A stretch of DNA of 64,000 bases from Diplonema japonicum (Eukaryota; Protista; Euglenozoa: Diplonemea), in contig OZ025707.1 in the NCBI GenBank assembly GCA_964019335.1, positions 310,001 to 374,000 of the forward strand. Direction: 5' to 3'. A program made the translations under genes and the position numbers. The notes beneath the pieces are model-generated. The model saw nothing but the letters and a program-made list of their open reading frames with translations. It was not told where the DNA came from and ran no database searches. Shown in pieces: positions 11,069 through 22,715 of the stretch. Numbering within the stretch: position 1 is the first letter of the stretch; every line of letters starts with the position of its first letter.

Positions 11069-11760
11069 ATGAATCCGTCAATACTTCAGAAGTACGAGCA
11101 AGGGGTGTGCCTCAGGTCCGGCGGACAGGGTCGGTGTACAAGGCAGTGAGGAGGGTGGATGGGAGCATGTTTGCGATGAAGGTGTTGAAGGCGCACACAG
11201 AAATGGAGCACAGGAAGAACATGGAGGAGGTGCTGCACATGCTGATGCTGCAACACAAGAACCTGGTCCCCTGCCTTGACTTCTTCGAGACGACAAAGCA
11301 GCTGGCAAAGGAATCCCTGGCCAAGGTGTGGCAGCTTCACATCGTGATGCCCCTGTACGGAAAAGGGGACCTCTACTCATTCGTCAAAAAGGAGGGACCC
11401 CTCTCTCCGGCGGGGGCAGACAGGCTCTTGCAGGAGATGGGAGGTGTCCTTCAGTACATTCACAGTGAGGGCCTCATCCACAGGGACGTGAAACCCCAAA
11501 ACGTTATGGTTAACCGTTCCGCCATTCGTGGCGGCAGGGCACAGTTCGTCCTTTGTGACCTGGGACTGTCGAAGGAGGTGTCCCCCGGTGGGGTAGCGAA
11601 CTCCATTGCAGGCACAGCAGCTTCATGGCACCCGACTTCTTCAACGGAATGGACGGCTACACCAACAAAGTAGACATGTGGGCCCTCGGGGTGACTGTGT
11701 GTACCGTGGTTCTCCAACCAGACCTGAGGGATCTCTTTCTGAAGCACCTGCATTCTAAGC
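11069..11760 (+). pseudogene. Ser/Thr kinase (NEK-like), frameshifted
   Basis: SGGQG(S)VYK, FAMK, IHRDVKPQN, DLG, MAPD, DMWALG. Frameshifts near 11130 (one G fewer than paralogue) and near 11621; truncated. Confidence 0.8.
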
Positions 11761-11842
11761 GGAGCTTGTAATGAAGAAGCTTCAAACCCACCTCCCCCCT
11801 GCCCTCTGGGAGGTTGTGTTCCGCTTCTCTATTCTAACTTAA

Positions 11843-12623
11843 CCCATAACACTCCGGGGCCTATCTACATAGGGGTCCCTTTTTTGCTCCTTTTCATAAT
11901 TTGAGGGGAAAAATGGCAGCATTTAACCCCCGTTTGCAGGTAAAACGGGTTTTTTGGACCAGGAAAATCAAAAAAAAAGTTCAAAAATTAATAAGAATAC
12001 AAAGGGGATGAAGAGTTGAATGGCCGTAGGGTGCTCAAAAACGACCATGTCAAAATGGGTTGTGCACGGGGGGGTGTAGATTGAGCATCTTGGGGCAAAA
12101 AAGGCAGCATCAGGACCCCTCAGATGTCTCAGACCGAGAGAAGTGCCTTTTTGCGGGTGGAATATCGGCCTCGAAATCGTCAAGAAGCCTTTTTGGGGTT
12201 ACGGAAGAGTGGTACGAAAAAAAGCACTTATTTGGACAGAGGTGTTGGTCACAGGTGCAGCACTTGTAGATTGTGCGTTTTGTGCATCCTTTCAACCTGC
12301 AGACCCTGGAGGTGCCCCCTTTGAGTGGCTGGTGGTCGCGTTTGGTGTAATCTGGGGTTTCGGGGGTGTCGGGAGTGTGTGCACCACTAGTTGGGGTGCC
12401 TGGGTTGGTGTTTTCTGCAACGCCACCGGGTTGTGCAATGCTGGACCCATCAATTAGGCTCTCTAGCAAGCGCTCTTTAAAAGCAGCCAGGGTTTTGTAT
12501 CTCTCTGGCATCTCTATCTATATCTGAACCATATTTTACTTGAAGTGCATGGCAGTTAACTATTATCACTTCTAGAGCCCACCAGAAGAGTTTCATGTAC
12601 CCCTTGTGCTCTCTGAAGTCTGC
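11843..12623 (-). mobile_element. piggyBac transposon 3' relic
   Basis: TTAA|CCCATAAC terminus. Minus strand encodes KLFWWALEVIIVNCHAL and the Cys-rich domain CRLKGCTKRTIYKCCTCDQHLCPNKCFFSYH. Confidence 0.85.
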
Positions 12624-12624
12624 G

Positions 12625-13465
12625 AGAGATGCGGCAAAGCTCGAACGACTGGTCAAAGAGATCCACGATGTGGTGTGCCCTTCTTCGGGGAAAACGCTGA
12701 ATTCTCTCGTGTCGTGTCCTCGAAGGCAACCAACAAAGAGGGAGAATGTCGCCTTGTTCTCCACAACAACTGTGTTCTGTACCAAAGGATTCCTATGCTC
12801 GGGGAACGAGGGGGCATACAGTTTCCTGTGAATGTTGGTTGGCTGCTTGGTAGGTCTTCTGAGGCACGGAAGGCTGACACCTGGTGCACTGACAGAGTTG
12901 CTCAGGAAAAGTGAGACAACAGACAACAAGAAGGCTGTGGGCGCATTGCTGAAGCCTGTGGGCGATGAGAAGGCTCAAGTAGTACGGCACAGGGCGGTAT
13001 TTACCAGTTGTAAAGTGATTGAGAGTAGGTTTCTTGGCAGTGGGTTGTCAGACTGGATTACCTGCGAAGTACTGGACACAGTGAGGAGCGACGTGGAGGC
13101 ACAGTCACTTGTTGAGCAAATGGAGACCTTCGAGCACACGAAGTACTATTTGAACATCACACTGAAGGAAAGATACATCAGTTACAAAGTCGACAATGTG
13201 CACCTGTTGAAGGAGGTGACGAAACACCCAGACCAGTTGGGCATATTGCAAGCAATTGCAGAGAGGTACGAATGCAGCTTAGCTGTGCTTGCAGCAATGG
13301 CACGGCCAAGACCCAGGGCCAGCAGCTCCATTCGTGGGAAGGGCGCTTCACGAAACACGAGACATAATGTCATTCCTCATGAAGTTGGAAAATAGGGCGA
13401 AAGCAGCGGCACATTGCACAATGGCAAAGGAGAGACTTGCGAAGTTGCAAACCTTTGTGAAGTGG
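12625..13465 (+). pseudogene. Fragment of the NLR-like giant gene family
   Basis: Near-identical to about 14368-15285 with several short deletions and frameshifts. Confidence 0.9.
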
Positions 13466-13687
13466 GCTTGGCAAGCGTGTCTGATTTAAAAAAAAAAAGG
13501 TACAAAAAAGAAATTAGAAATCTTTTTAGCCCGTCAACATGCAGGCTGTGATGGGTCACTTAGGATATGAAGCGATAGGGTTTTCTTCCGAAAGCGGGAA
13601 TTTCCGAGCCAGATCTTATGTTTTGAGTTTTATTTTCGTATCTTATAAACACCACTTATTCCCCTCTCGAACCACACACAGGACAGG

Positions 13688-16600
13688 ATGATGGACTTCG
13701 TGTTCTTCAGGTGGGCAGGGGCACCGGAACCACAGGACGCCACACATGACGTGCCAGCCTTCCTCATGGAGCTGGGTGACTGGACGAAGCGTGCGAGGCG
13801 AGGTGCAATAGGAGAGTTCATTGAATGGTTCCAACTGAACGAGGTGAGGCTCTCGGCACTGCTCGACGTGAACCAACAGCCCGACCAGTGGGCGGGAATG
13901 CGGGAGTCCATTCTGGCCTCTGTGTGTGAGCTGCTGGAGCTACTGGTGCTACAAAAAGAAGGTAGCCCGAGCAACATACACCTGTACCGTGTGGTGGCCT
14001 CTTTGGTGGGACAGCTCGTCATACACGACAAGAGCTGCATTGCTGCTGATCAGCTGGTGGACTTCCGGCAGGTACTCGTAAACATGCTGAAAGACGAGGA
14101 GAAGCACAAGAAGCACCCTGAGTTCTTAGCATACCACACTATCATCACTGGTGGATGCGTCCTCGGGGAGAGTCCCCTTGGCGACCTTGCTGCTGTGGTG
14201 AAGGACATGACAGCTCTCATGACAACGTGGCCATCTGTTGAAAGCTTGTTCACTGGGACTGGGGAGGTGGGGGCACTGCGCAGTGCTGCAACACACAGCG
14301 TTCTTGTTCAGCGTCTGAAATACCTGCTTATGGCGGGCTTCATGTCTCACGGCCATGCGGGGAGCAAGAGAGATGCGGCAGAGCTCGAACGACTGGTCAA
14401 AGAGATCCACGATGTGGTGTGCCCTTCTGGGGAAAACGCTGAATGGGAGGTTCTCCCTGTGTCGCTGTGGGCGGGGACCCTTTCTGAGCTGTTGACATTC
14501 TCTCGTGTCGTGTCCTCGAAGGCAACCAACAAAGAGGGAGAATGTCGCCTTGTTCTCCACAACAACTGTGTTCTGTACCAAAGGATTCCTATGCTCGGGG
14601 AACGAGGGGCCATACAGTTTCCTGTGAATGTTAAGAAGGTGGTGGTTGGCTGCTTGGTGGGTCTTCTGAGGCACGGAAGGCTGACACCTGGTGCACTGAC
14701 AGAGTTGCTCAGGAAAAGTGAGACAACAGACAACAAGAAGGCTGTGGGCGCATTGCTGAAGACTGTGGGCGATGAGAAGGCTCAAGTAGTACGGCACAGG
14801 GCGGTATTTACCAGTTGTAAAGTGATTGAGAGTGGGTTTCTTGGCAGTGGGTTGTCAGACTGGATTACCTGCGAAGTACTGGACACAGTGAGGAGCGACG
14901 TGGAGGCACAGTCACTTGTTGAGCAAATGGAGACCTTCGAGCACACGAAGTACTATTTGAACATCACACTGAAGGAAAGATACATCAGTTACAAAGTCGA
15001 CAATGTGCACCTGTTGAAGGAGGTGACGAAACACCCAGACCAGTTGGGCATATTGCAAGCAATTGCAGAGAGGTACGAATGCAGCTTAGCTGTGCTTGCT
15101 GAAGCAATGGCACGGCAAAGCCCTTCGGCACCAGCCCCAATCGTGGGAAGAGCGCTCCACGAAACACAAGACTTCACAAAGGACACAATGTCATTCCTCA
15201 TGAACTTAGAAAATAGGGCGAAAGCAGCGGCACATTGCACAATGGCAAAGGAGAGACTTGCGAAGTTGCAAACCTTTGTGAAGTGGTTCAAGCTGAACGA
15301 AACAAAACTCGGGTCACTGGTTGAGGTTCAAGACACTAGCGAGCCTGCAGAACGTGTGCTGACCGCTGTGTGCGTGCTGCTGAAGGTGTTGCGGCAGTCA
15401 CTGGAGGACAGCGCACATTGCAAGGCGGGCGACACGGAGCACCTTGTAACCTTGAACAACATACACCTGTACCGTGTGGTGGCCACCTTGGTGTTGCAGC
15501 TCGTGACCTTCGGCAATGACAGCACTGCTTCGGATCAACTGCCAAACCTCCAGACTCTCGTCACAAGTTTGAAAGGAGAGAACAAAGCGTTCATGCACCC
15601 GGCATCGGCAGCGGACCACGAGGTCATCACCAAAGGGGGCGGCATACTCTCAAAAGCTTCTGTTTTGGGTGATCTTGTTTCCGTGGCAGGTGGTGCTTTA
15701 GCTGTCACGACATCGCAATTCAATTTGAAGGTAATGACTGCAGCCTGGCATGGGGTTGTGTCCTTATCTTCTAGATTCTTGTCCACAAGTGACGAACTTA
15801 AGATCGCAGCAACCTTCAACGCTCAATCTCAGCACCTGAAGCACCTGCTTCTGGTGAGGCCTCATGAAGCCACGGAGGCAGTACTTAACTTCGTTAACCT
15901 CGTGCACTCGGATATCTGCCCACAGAACAAGAGGAACTGGAAGGTGCTTCCTGCACAGCTGTGGGCAGGGACCCTTGCCGAGCTCCTTGTGTTCTCTCGT
16001 TTCGTGTCCTCTGAGCAAAGCAAGGAGGGGGAAGAAAAGTATATCCACAAAACTGGTGCCCTTTACCACAGGTTTCCTGTGTTGGGAGAAGACGAAGGAA
16101 TCATACAGTTCTCTCTCATTGCGAAAGACTGCATGGTGCAGTGCTTGATAGATCTTCTGAAACACGAACGCCAGCTGCCAAGTATGCTGCGGAAGTGTCT
16201 TCAACAGGCGACTGTGCTTCTGGGTGAAGTTCAGGAAAAGGCCAAAACGATCTTGAAAGATGAAGTGATAACAGAGGTGGGGAAGATGTTTAACGTGGTG
16301 AAGATCAAAGACTTGAAGAACATCAGAACTGAAGTGACTGATGCGGTGAAGGAACTGACGGCTGGAAAAGACAAACAAGAACAGGCTGATCCTGAAACCA
16401 ACGAACAGGTTGAAACTGAGGACACGTTGTATGGCGATGTGGGGATCAGCGACTTGGACGACATCGGCACTGGAGTGGTAAAGGGACTGACGGCTCTTTC
16501 TGGAATGGACGAGGGGACGACGGTACGGCACAGGGCAGTTCTTGCCTGCCTCGAAGTGATCGAGAGCAGGGTGCTGGACAACAGGATGTTGAAAACGATG

Positions 16601-19600
16601 AACAGCGAGGTGCTGAACACAATGAGGAGCGACAGAGAGAGAGAGCAATTGGAGAAGCAAGGACAGGTGTTCAAGAAGGCACAGCACTACCTGAGGATGA
16701 CACTACAGACGGAGGCGGAAAGTTACAAGAAGGACATGGAGGGGTTGATTGACGAGGTGGAGAGGCTTCTGGATCTGCGCGAGGTGGTTACCAGCAAAGA
16801 AGCTGTGCAGCACGTTGACGGGATACTGAAAGAGGCGCAGAAGGCTGTGAAGGTGTACGCAAGGAACCTTGAGGGGATGAACGCGATAGCAGGGACGACC
16901 CTGCTGCTCACGACAAGCATCTTCGAAAGGGTGACAGGGATCGACAAGCAGCTTCAGGACATGAAGAAGGAGGTGAGCGACATCCACACCTACCTCCAGC
17001 TGCACAGGAAGCTGAAGGAGAACATCGACCTCCTGCAACAAGCTCGTGTGGAGTCTTGCAGCAGCGACCTCCATGGGTGTGAGAGGTACTCGTTCATGCA
17101 GGTTGAGAAGGATGTCCCCGAAAATAGCGACGACAACCTTGAAAGTTTCAACCCCTTGGAATTTGCGACCCACTTGTTGAAGACCTGCTCTGCCGGGAGG
17201 AGCATTGTGTTCAAAGGCAGTTGTTGGGGTGCGGAGTTCCTGTCACTGCTGGAGAAGGAGCTATGGAACACCTATGATACTGATTTAAGAGAAAAAAAGA
17301 AAAATACCGCAGGAAGTACTACTCAAAGCAAAAAAAAAAAAAGCATTCTCCCCGTTCACGTGTTCCTGCCAAAGATGAAGAATCCGACGACACGCCTTGT
17401 GGAAGAGGCCCTGGAGGAGCAGCATGGGTTCACGAAGGGGAATGTGCAACGGCTTCAGGAAAAGACGAGGGCAAAGAAGGCACACCTGGCATTGATACTC
17501 GTGGGGTACTCGTTCCTCGACAAGGAGTTCCTTTTGGATTCCATGAGAGAGAAGAACAAGCTGAGTGAGTGGGGTGACCCCATCATCTTGGTGGAAGCAG
17601 ACACCACCATCCTGGAGTACACTGCGGACAAGCTGTTCGGACGCAACTCGAGTGTGTGCATGGATCACGTTGGTGCGAATGGTCCACCACCTCAGGGTGA
17701 GGGAACCTGTGAAGTGTACAGAATGAAGGAAATGAAGGACGAGGCCATCCAGAACATGATCGGCAGAGAGGAGGCTTCCATCGGGGCAGTGCTGAAGTGC
17801 GCTCTGCATTACAGAAAGTTCTCTACATTCATTGAAGTGAAAGAAGAACAGCACATGACATTCCGCATGCTTCGTGCCTTCATTCGTACCATTTGCAAGG
17901 AGGAGTTGTTGTATTATCGCAAGATTGACGGAAAATGGGAAAAGCGTCCCTTTTCAACCATACTCACAACATACCCCAATTCTGACAAAAGTACACTTCT
18001 GATGAAAACGATGTTGATGAAGATGGTAACAACAACTATGTGCGAATTGGAGGAAAAAGCATCACACAAGGAGGTGATGTGCGAGCTGGTGAAGCATATC
18101 ATGGAAAAGGTTCAAACCCACGGGGAGTTTACTATCCTTGATGAGCTGCATTCTTGCATGAAGGTGCATAAAGTTGAAAATGCATGGTCCGTCCGCCAGC
18201 TAACCGAAGAGATGAACATGGCCTTCTTGAGGACCTGCCTTGAGGAGTACCTCCGGCTGCCGTTGAGGTCACTGAGTACAAAGCACCCCTCCATCACCGA
18301 CGAGGAACTCGTGAAGCTTCTGATGGACTACAACTCGCGCCTCGCACTTGACATGACACGGGACCACGCGAGGCAGGCACCTTATGAGAACAGGTGTCGT
18401 GGCTTTCTGAGGGCACAGCGCACAGGAGGACACGATGTCGGCAAGCTGGACCAGCAGATGGTGCGGGACCTGTTTGCGGCCTCTCCTGTGGAGGTCTCGA
18501 GGGACCAAGACGGGAAGAAACAGGAGAGGGTGTACAGCTTCAGCTCCGAGTGGCAGCAGGAGATCTTCACCGCCATTGCTGTCCACGACAAGCTGATGAG
18601 GTTCCCTCTGAACCGTATCTGTACGAAGTTCTTTGTGAGTGTCTTTTCTCACACCTATGTCTGCAAGGATGACATAGCCGACCAGGCTGAGCAGGACGAG
18701 CACAGATGGGCACACTTCAGGGAGCAGAAAGACCTGATGGTGAGGAAGGTCAGAGAGGCAAATCCTGACTTCACCAAGGAGAAGGCCTCCAAGTATCTGG
18801 TTCTGGCGTGCAAAGCGGCGTGCGCTAGGGAGGCAACATGGGACGTGCTGATGGAAGATCTGATGAACTACCCTGGTGTGCTGAGGAACTACTTGGCGAA
18901 GATGGTGTTGAAGAAGAAAAGTTTAAACTCTGAGGATAAGCTGCTGATCTGGTTCAGGGACACACTGCTCTCGCTGGTGGAGCTGTCGAAGCTACCGTGG
19001 TGCAGCGCTCCTGCCGCCGTGGCGATCACGATCCTGTCGGCTGCGAACGACAGCTTTGCTGGGATGGACTTCAGAGGGATCCAAATACCGGGGGCGTCCC
19101 TTGAAGACAGCACCTTTGACAGGACAGACACTGCTGGTGTGGAGATGAAAGGAATAAACTTCATTCGGACCTACCTGCACGACGGCAAGGACAGCATCAA
19201 AAGTTCCCTGACGAAGGGCCTCCTTTCATTTGCGGCCTTCACTGATGACAAGGGCAAGGATACTGTTGCAGAGGTGTATGCGGACAAGGTGTTGTTCAGT
19301 GGGAAGGAAGTAAAACTGCCGGAAGAGATAATGAACCTGAAGAATCCGAAGATCCTGAGCAAGATAGTGCAAAGGGGGAAACACTGTGTTCTTGTCGTTG
19401 CTTACGAAGTGGACGCAATTGCTGAGTGTCAACAGGAAGAGGTTTCTGTGGAGGTGGTGAGCTCGCCGATGGAACTTATGTTCATTGCAGACGACAGTAA
19501 AGTGTGGTGTGTGAATCGAGGTGAAGGGGGAATCGTGAGGGAGGACGGGAGGGAGGAGCATAAAGTTCTATGCGAACCTGTGTTAGTGAAATGTGATGAA

Positions 19601-20727
19601 AAAGTGAGGATGGAGTTAGCACCAGTTGTGGAGAGGCTCACACCAGTTGGGGTGGATAGGTTCCTCACTTTGAACAGGAATGAAGATGGACTGTCGTGGG
19701 AGTGCATTGTGTACAGTGCAAAAGAGACAAAAATGGACAAAGAAAACTATCGCTTCCCGATCCCCGCAAGCAAAGAAGGACCACTGCGACATGTGGTGTG
19801 TGGCGATACGCTGCTCGTGCAGGGAGGGGACAAAGACAGCAACTGGCTGCTGAAGGAGGACAAGGCAGTGCGTCTGTACACAAAGAGCTTTTTTGACGAG
19901 GAGCGAAAGAGGTTGAAACTTCTCAATGTTTACGCTTCTGCGGCGCGTACTTACTACCACCTTGAGGGCGACTTGTTGGTGGAAATGGAGCCCCCGAAGA
20001 GAGAATTAGTCCTGGGTGGCCCTGTGTTTGAGATAACTGTCTCGGGTGACGGCAGGGTTGGGACGTTGGTGCGGTGTGGGGACACCAAGATAGATGTTGT
20101 AACGTACTGCAGGGGGAGGAACACTGTGAGCCGTCTCAAGGAGCCGGTGGACATGAACTTGGCTGAGATCAAGTGGGACTACCGTAAACAAGTGTTCAAG
20201 GTGAGGTCTGAGGGCAACGAAAAGGGGGGAGGGAAATGGTATAGAGCAGAAGAACTAGGCCCTGAGATGATAGTGTTGGTGGAAACAAGCCCGTTGGGAA
20301 ATGATGATGTAGACCCCCCTGCTGTCCTGTCCTGTCCGGATCAAGAATACAAAGAGGGAACCGAGACCTGCGATCAGCTGGTGTACGAGGACACCAACCC
20401 CCCTGCAGATGATGTTGCCACCATAAGACACAGTTCACACCAGGCATGGATAGAGAGGCCGCCACAGCAGTTGCAGGCACTCGTGGTGAAGACAGGTGAC
20501 GTGACGAAAGTTCTTCTGAAGGCAGACTTTATAAACACAGTTCAGTTACTTAAGAACAACCTTGTCGCCGTTGTTGGCGGGAACGTGTACTTCTGGGGCT
20601 GGAAGTGCAGCATCAATGCTCAGTACGGCTACACACCAGCAGGGTCCACAGGTGAGTGGTACGTGAACAAGCAGCTCACTGATACCAACATCGTGAAGGT
20701 CATGTCATGTATGCATTGCAATCAGAA

Positions 20728-20763
<36 letters not shown>

Positions 20764-21277
20764 CGGAGTAGAAGGTAACGAGAAGGCAGATGAACTCGCC
20801 GAGCAAGGTAGGGATAAGGAAGCGACGCAGGGGATAAGCCTGAACGCGGCGAAGAACTACCTGCAGAAGACGACGAAGGCGGAGATAAGAGCAGGACTCG
20901 ATAAAAATCGAGAATACAACAAGTGGACGAAGGGGAGAGAGGCACCGAAGCGGATGGAAGGGCTCAGCAGACGCGAAGAAGTAAACCAGCTAAAGACTGG
21001 TCATCACCACCTGCTCAAAGAGGAGTACGCAACCCAACGCACCTGCGAAAAATGCGACGGCACAACACAGAGAACACTACAACACCTCCTCCTAGAGTGC
21101 CCAGCGACCAAGGCGGCCAGAGACAAGCACTACGACTCCTCATCCTCATCAAAGACGCGAAGAGGGCAATCAGGTTCCTCGAGGACACCGAAGAGACAAC
21201 CTACAAGCCCACTGGCAAGCCCCCCGACGAGCCCACCGACTAACCCCCACCGACTAGCCGTATACCTAGCAAGCTAA
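13688..21277 (+). CDS. Giant NLR-like protein copy 1 (2x helical domain, degenerate NACHT, pentapeptide repeats, beta-rich C-terminus); native sequence ends about 20728, remainder is LINE insert
   Basis: LPVHVFLPKMKNP, LALILVGYS, YSFSSEWQQEIFTA and AAVAITILSAANDSFAGMDFRGIQIPGASL match, in order and spacing, NACHT-pentapeptide-WD40 proteins. Paralogues at 49257 and 58746. Confidence 0.75.
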
Positions 21278-21572
21278 TCAAAAGGCGGCAGGAAGAAAAC
21301 AAATCAAGTGTAAACAAATAGAAAGAAAAAAAAAAAAGAATCCCGAGGACTGGCAACCAAAGGAGAAAAAAAAAAAAAAAAAAAAGAAAAAGCCATTAGC
21401 CAACTGTGGAAAGAGAATACCCATGTCACAAAGGTGCTAGAACAATAACACAGGCCGACACGAAAGCACGAACGTCTCAACACACTTCCGTTGGCTCCAC
21501 ACAGCCCAGCTGGGTGGGGTCGGTCTGGCTAGACCAAGAGGAGGTGGAATTTAAAAAAAAAAAAAAAAGAAC
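20729..21572 (+). mobile_element. Composite non-LTR retrotransposon (Ingi/I-group-like) 3' fragments inserted in the end of copy 1
   Basis: SGVEGNEKADELA (RNase H C-terminal motif), LSRREE..QLKTGH, CEKC..TLQHLLLECP zinc knuckle, poly(A) tracts. Host sequence resumes at acaacacctattcagg as in copy 2. Confidence 0.8.
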
Positions 21573-22715
21573 GAGCACAACACCTATTCAGGAGGAGGTA
21601 CAGGTGAGCAATTGTGCACAGAATTCACGGAAGAAGCAGCCAGCCCCACAGCTGACTAACCCGCCGGCGAAGCTCAACAAAATGAAAGAAGAAAAAAGAG
21701 TAGTGGTAGCGTTGTATTCTTCTAGGTTAACCCCCGCCTGTGCACAAAACAACAATCAACCGACTCTTTTTTTTTATCAATCACTATATATGACATGTGG
21801 GTTAAAATACCTTTCTTCTGACGGACAACTTAGAAGCTCAGACCAACGTGTGCGTGTTTAGCAGTTTTTTGGCACGTTGGCGATGGCTGTGGTCGTTGCA
21901 AGAGCGCCGTTCCAAAGGCTCTTGTTTTTGTTTCAAAAGCCACTGAATGGCACAGGGGCAGGGTGGACACGATAGTAGTTGTCCTGTACTTGATTTTTTA
22001 TTCAGAGCGGTCTTTGTGAGCAGACCGTCTCCTTTAACAACATCTGCAGCAGCAACATATTTTCTCTCTCTCTCTCTCACCTTAGCTCAGTGATTGAAAG
22101 TATGATTAAGGATTAACCTCTTTCAAAAAAAGTGGGGGGGGGGGGGGGGGGCGACCGCAACCAGAATGACGACCGAGTAGTGTGTGTTTCTTTATTTTGT
22201 AACAGTGAGCACAGATCTTTTTTTTTGATTCAAGCTACAGGTTCTGTACTTTATTGGTGGTGGGGATATGGAAATATAAGAAGTACATCAGATGTGTTGT
22301 TCGCTGTTGACCTCCACGTCGGTCATCACCGGTAGCGTGGAAGAACGTATCGCAGATGCTCAGGGTGACGAACAGGCAGCAAACTGCGGTTTGTCCGGTT
22401 CGCCCTCATCCTCGACTTCGACAACACGTGGATCATGGCCAAGCTTGACTCGGAAGGCTGGAAGGCGAAGGGGGACGTCGATAGACAGCAACAGTACACG
22501 CGGCATGGAGATAGGAGAGCCTTAAAAGATCACTACTCCATGGCGACTGACTGGCTGTTCTTCTCGACGCTGCAATGGCACAACATCAGGCAGCGCCACC
22601 CCCCAAAGAACACGAAGACCTTACGCAAGTAAGAGTGCTGGCCCGGCGAGCTACGAGGGCAAAAACCTCTTTTTCTTCTAGAAGATGAGAAATATATTAT
22701 AATGCGACATGATCA

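Noticed and set aside
14050-20480. Many minus-strand ORFs over the giant genes (also 49622-56025, 59423-63964)
   Set aside because: Antisense shadows of long coding frames; no independent motifs.
20729-21277. Apparent NLR-RNase H/zinc-knuckle fusion in the 2529-aa ORF
   Set aside because: Follows an 8-nt deletion relative to copy 2 and a long poly(A). Only the RNase H C-terminal motif is present and host sequence resumes at about 21573, so it is an insertion, not an evolved domain fusion.
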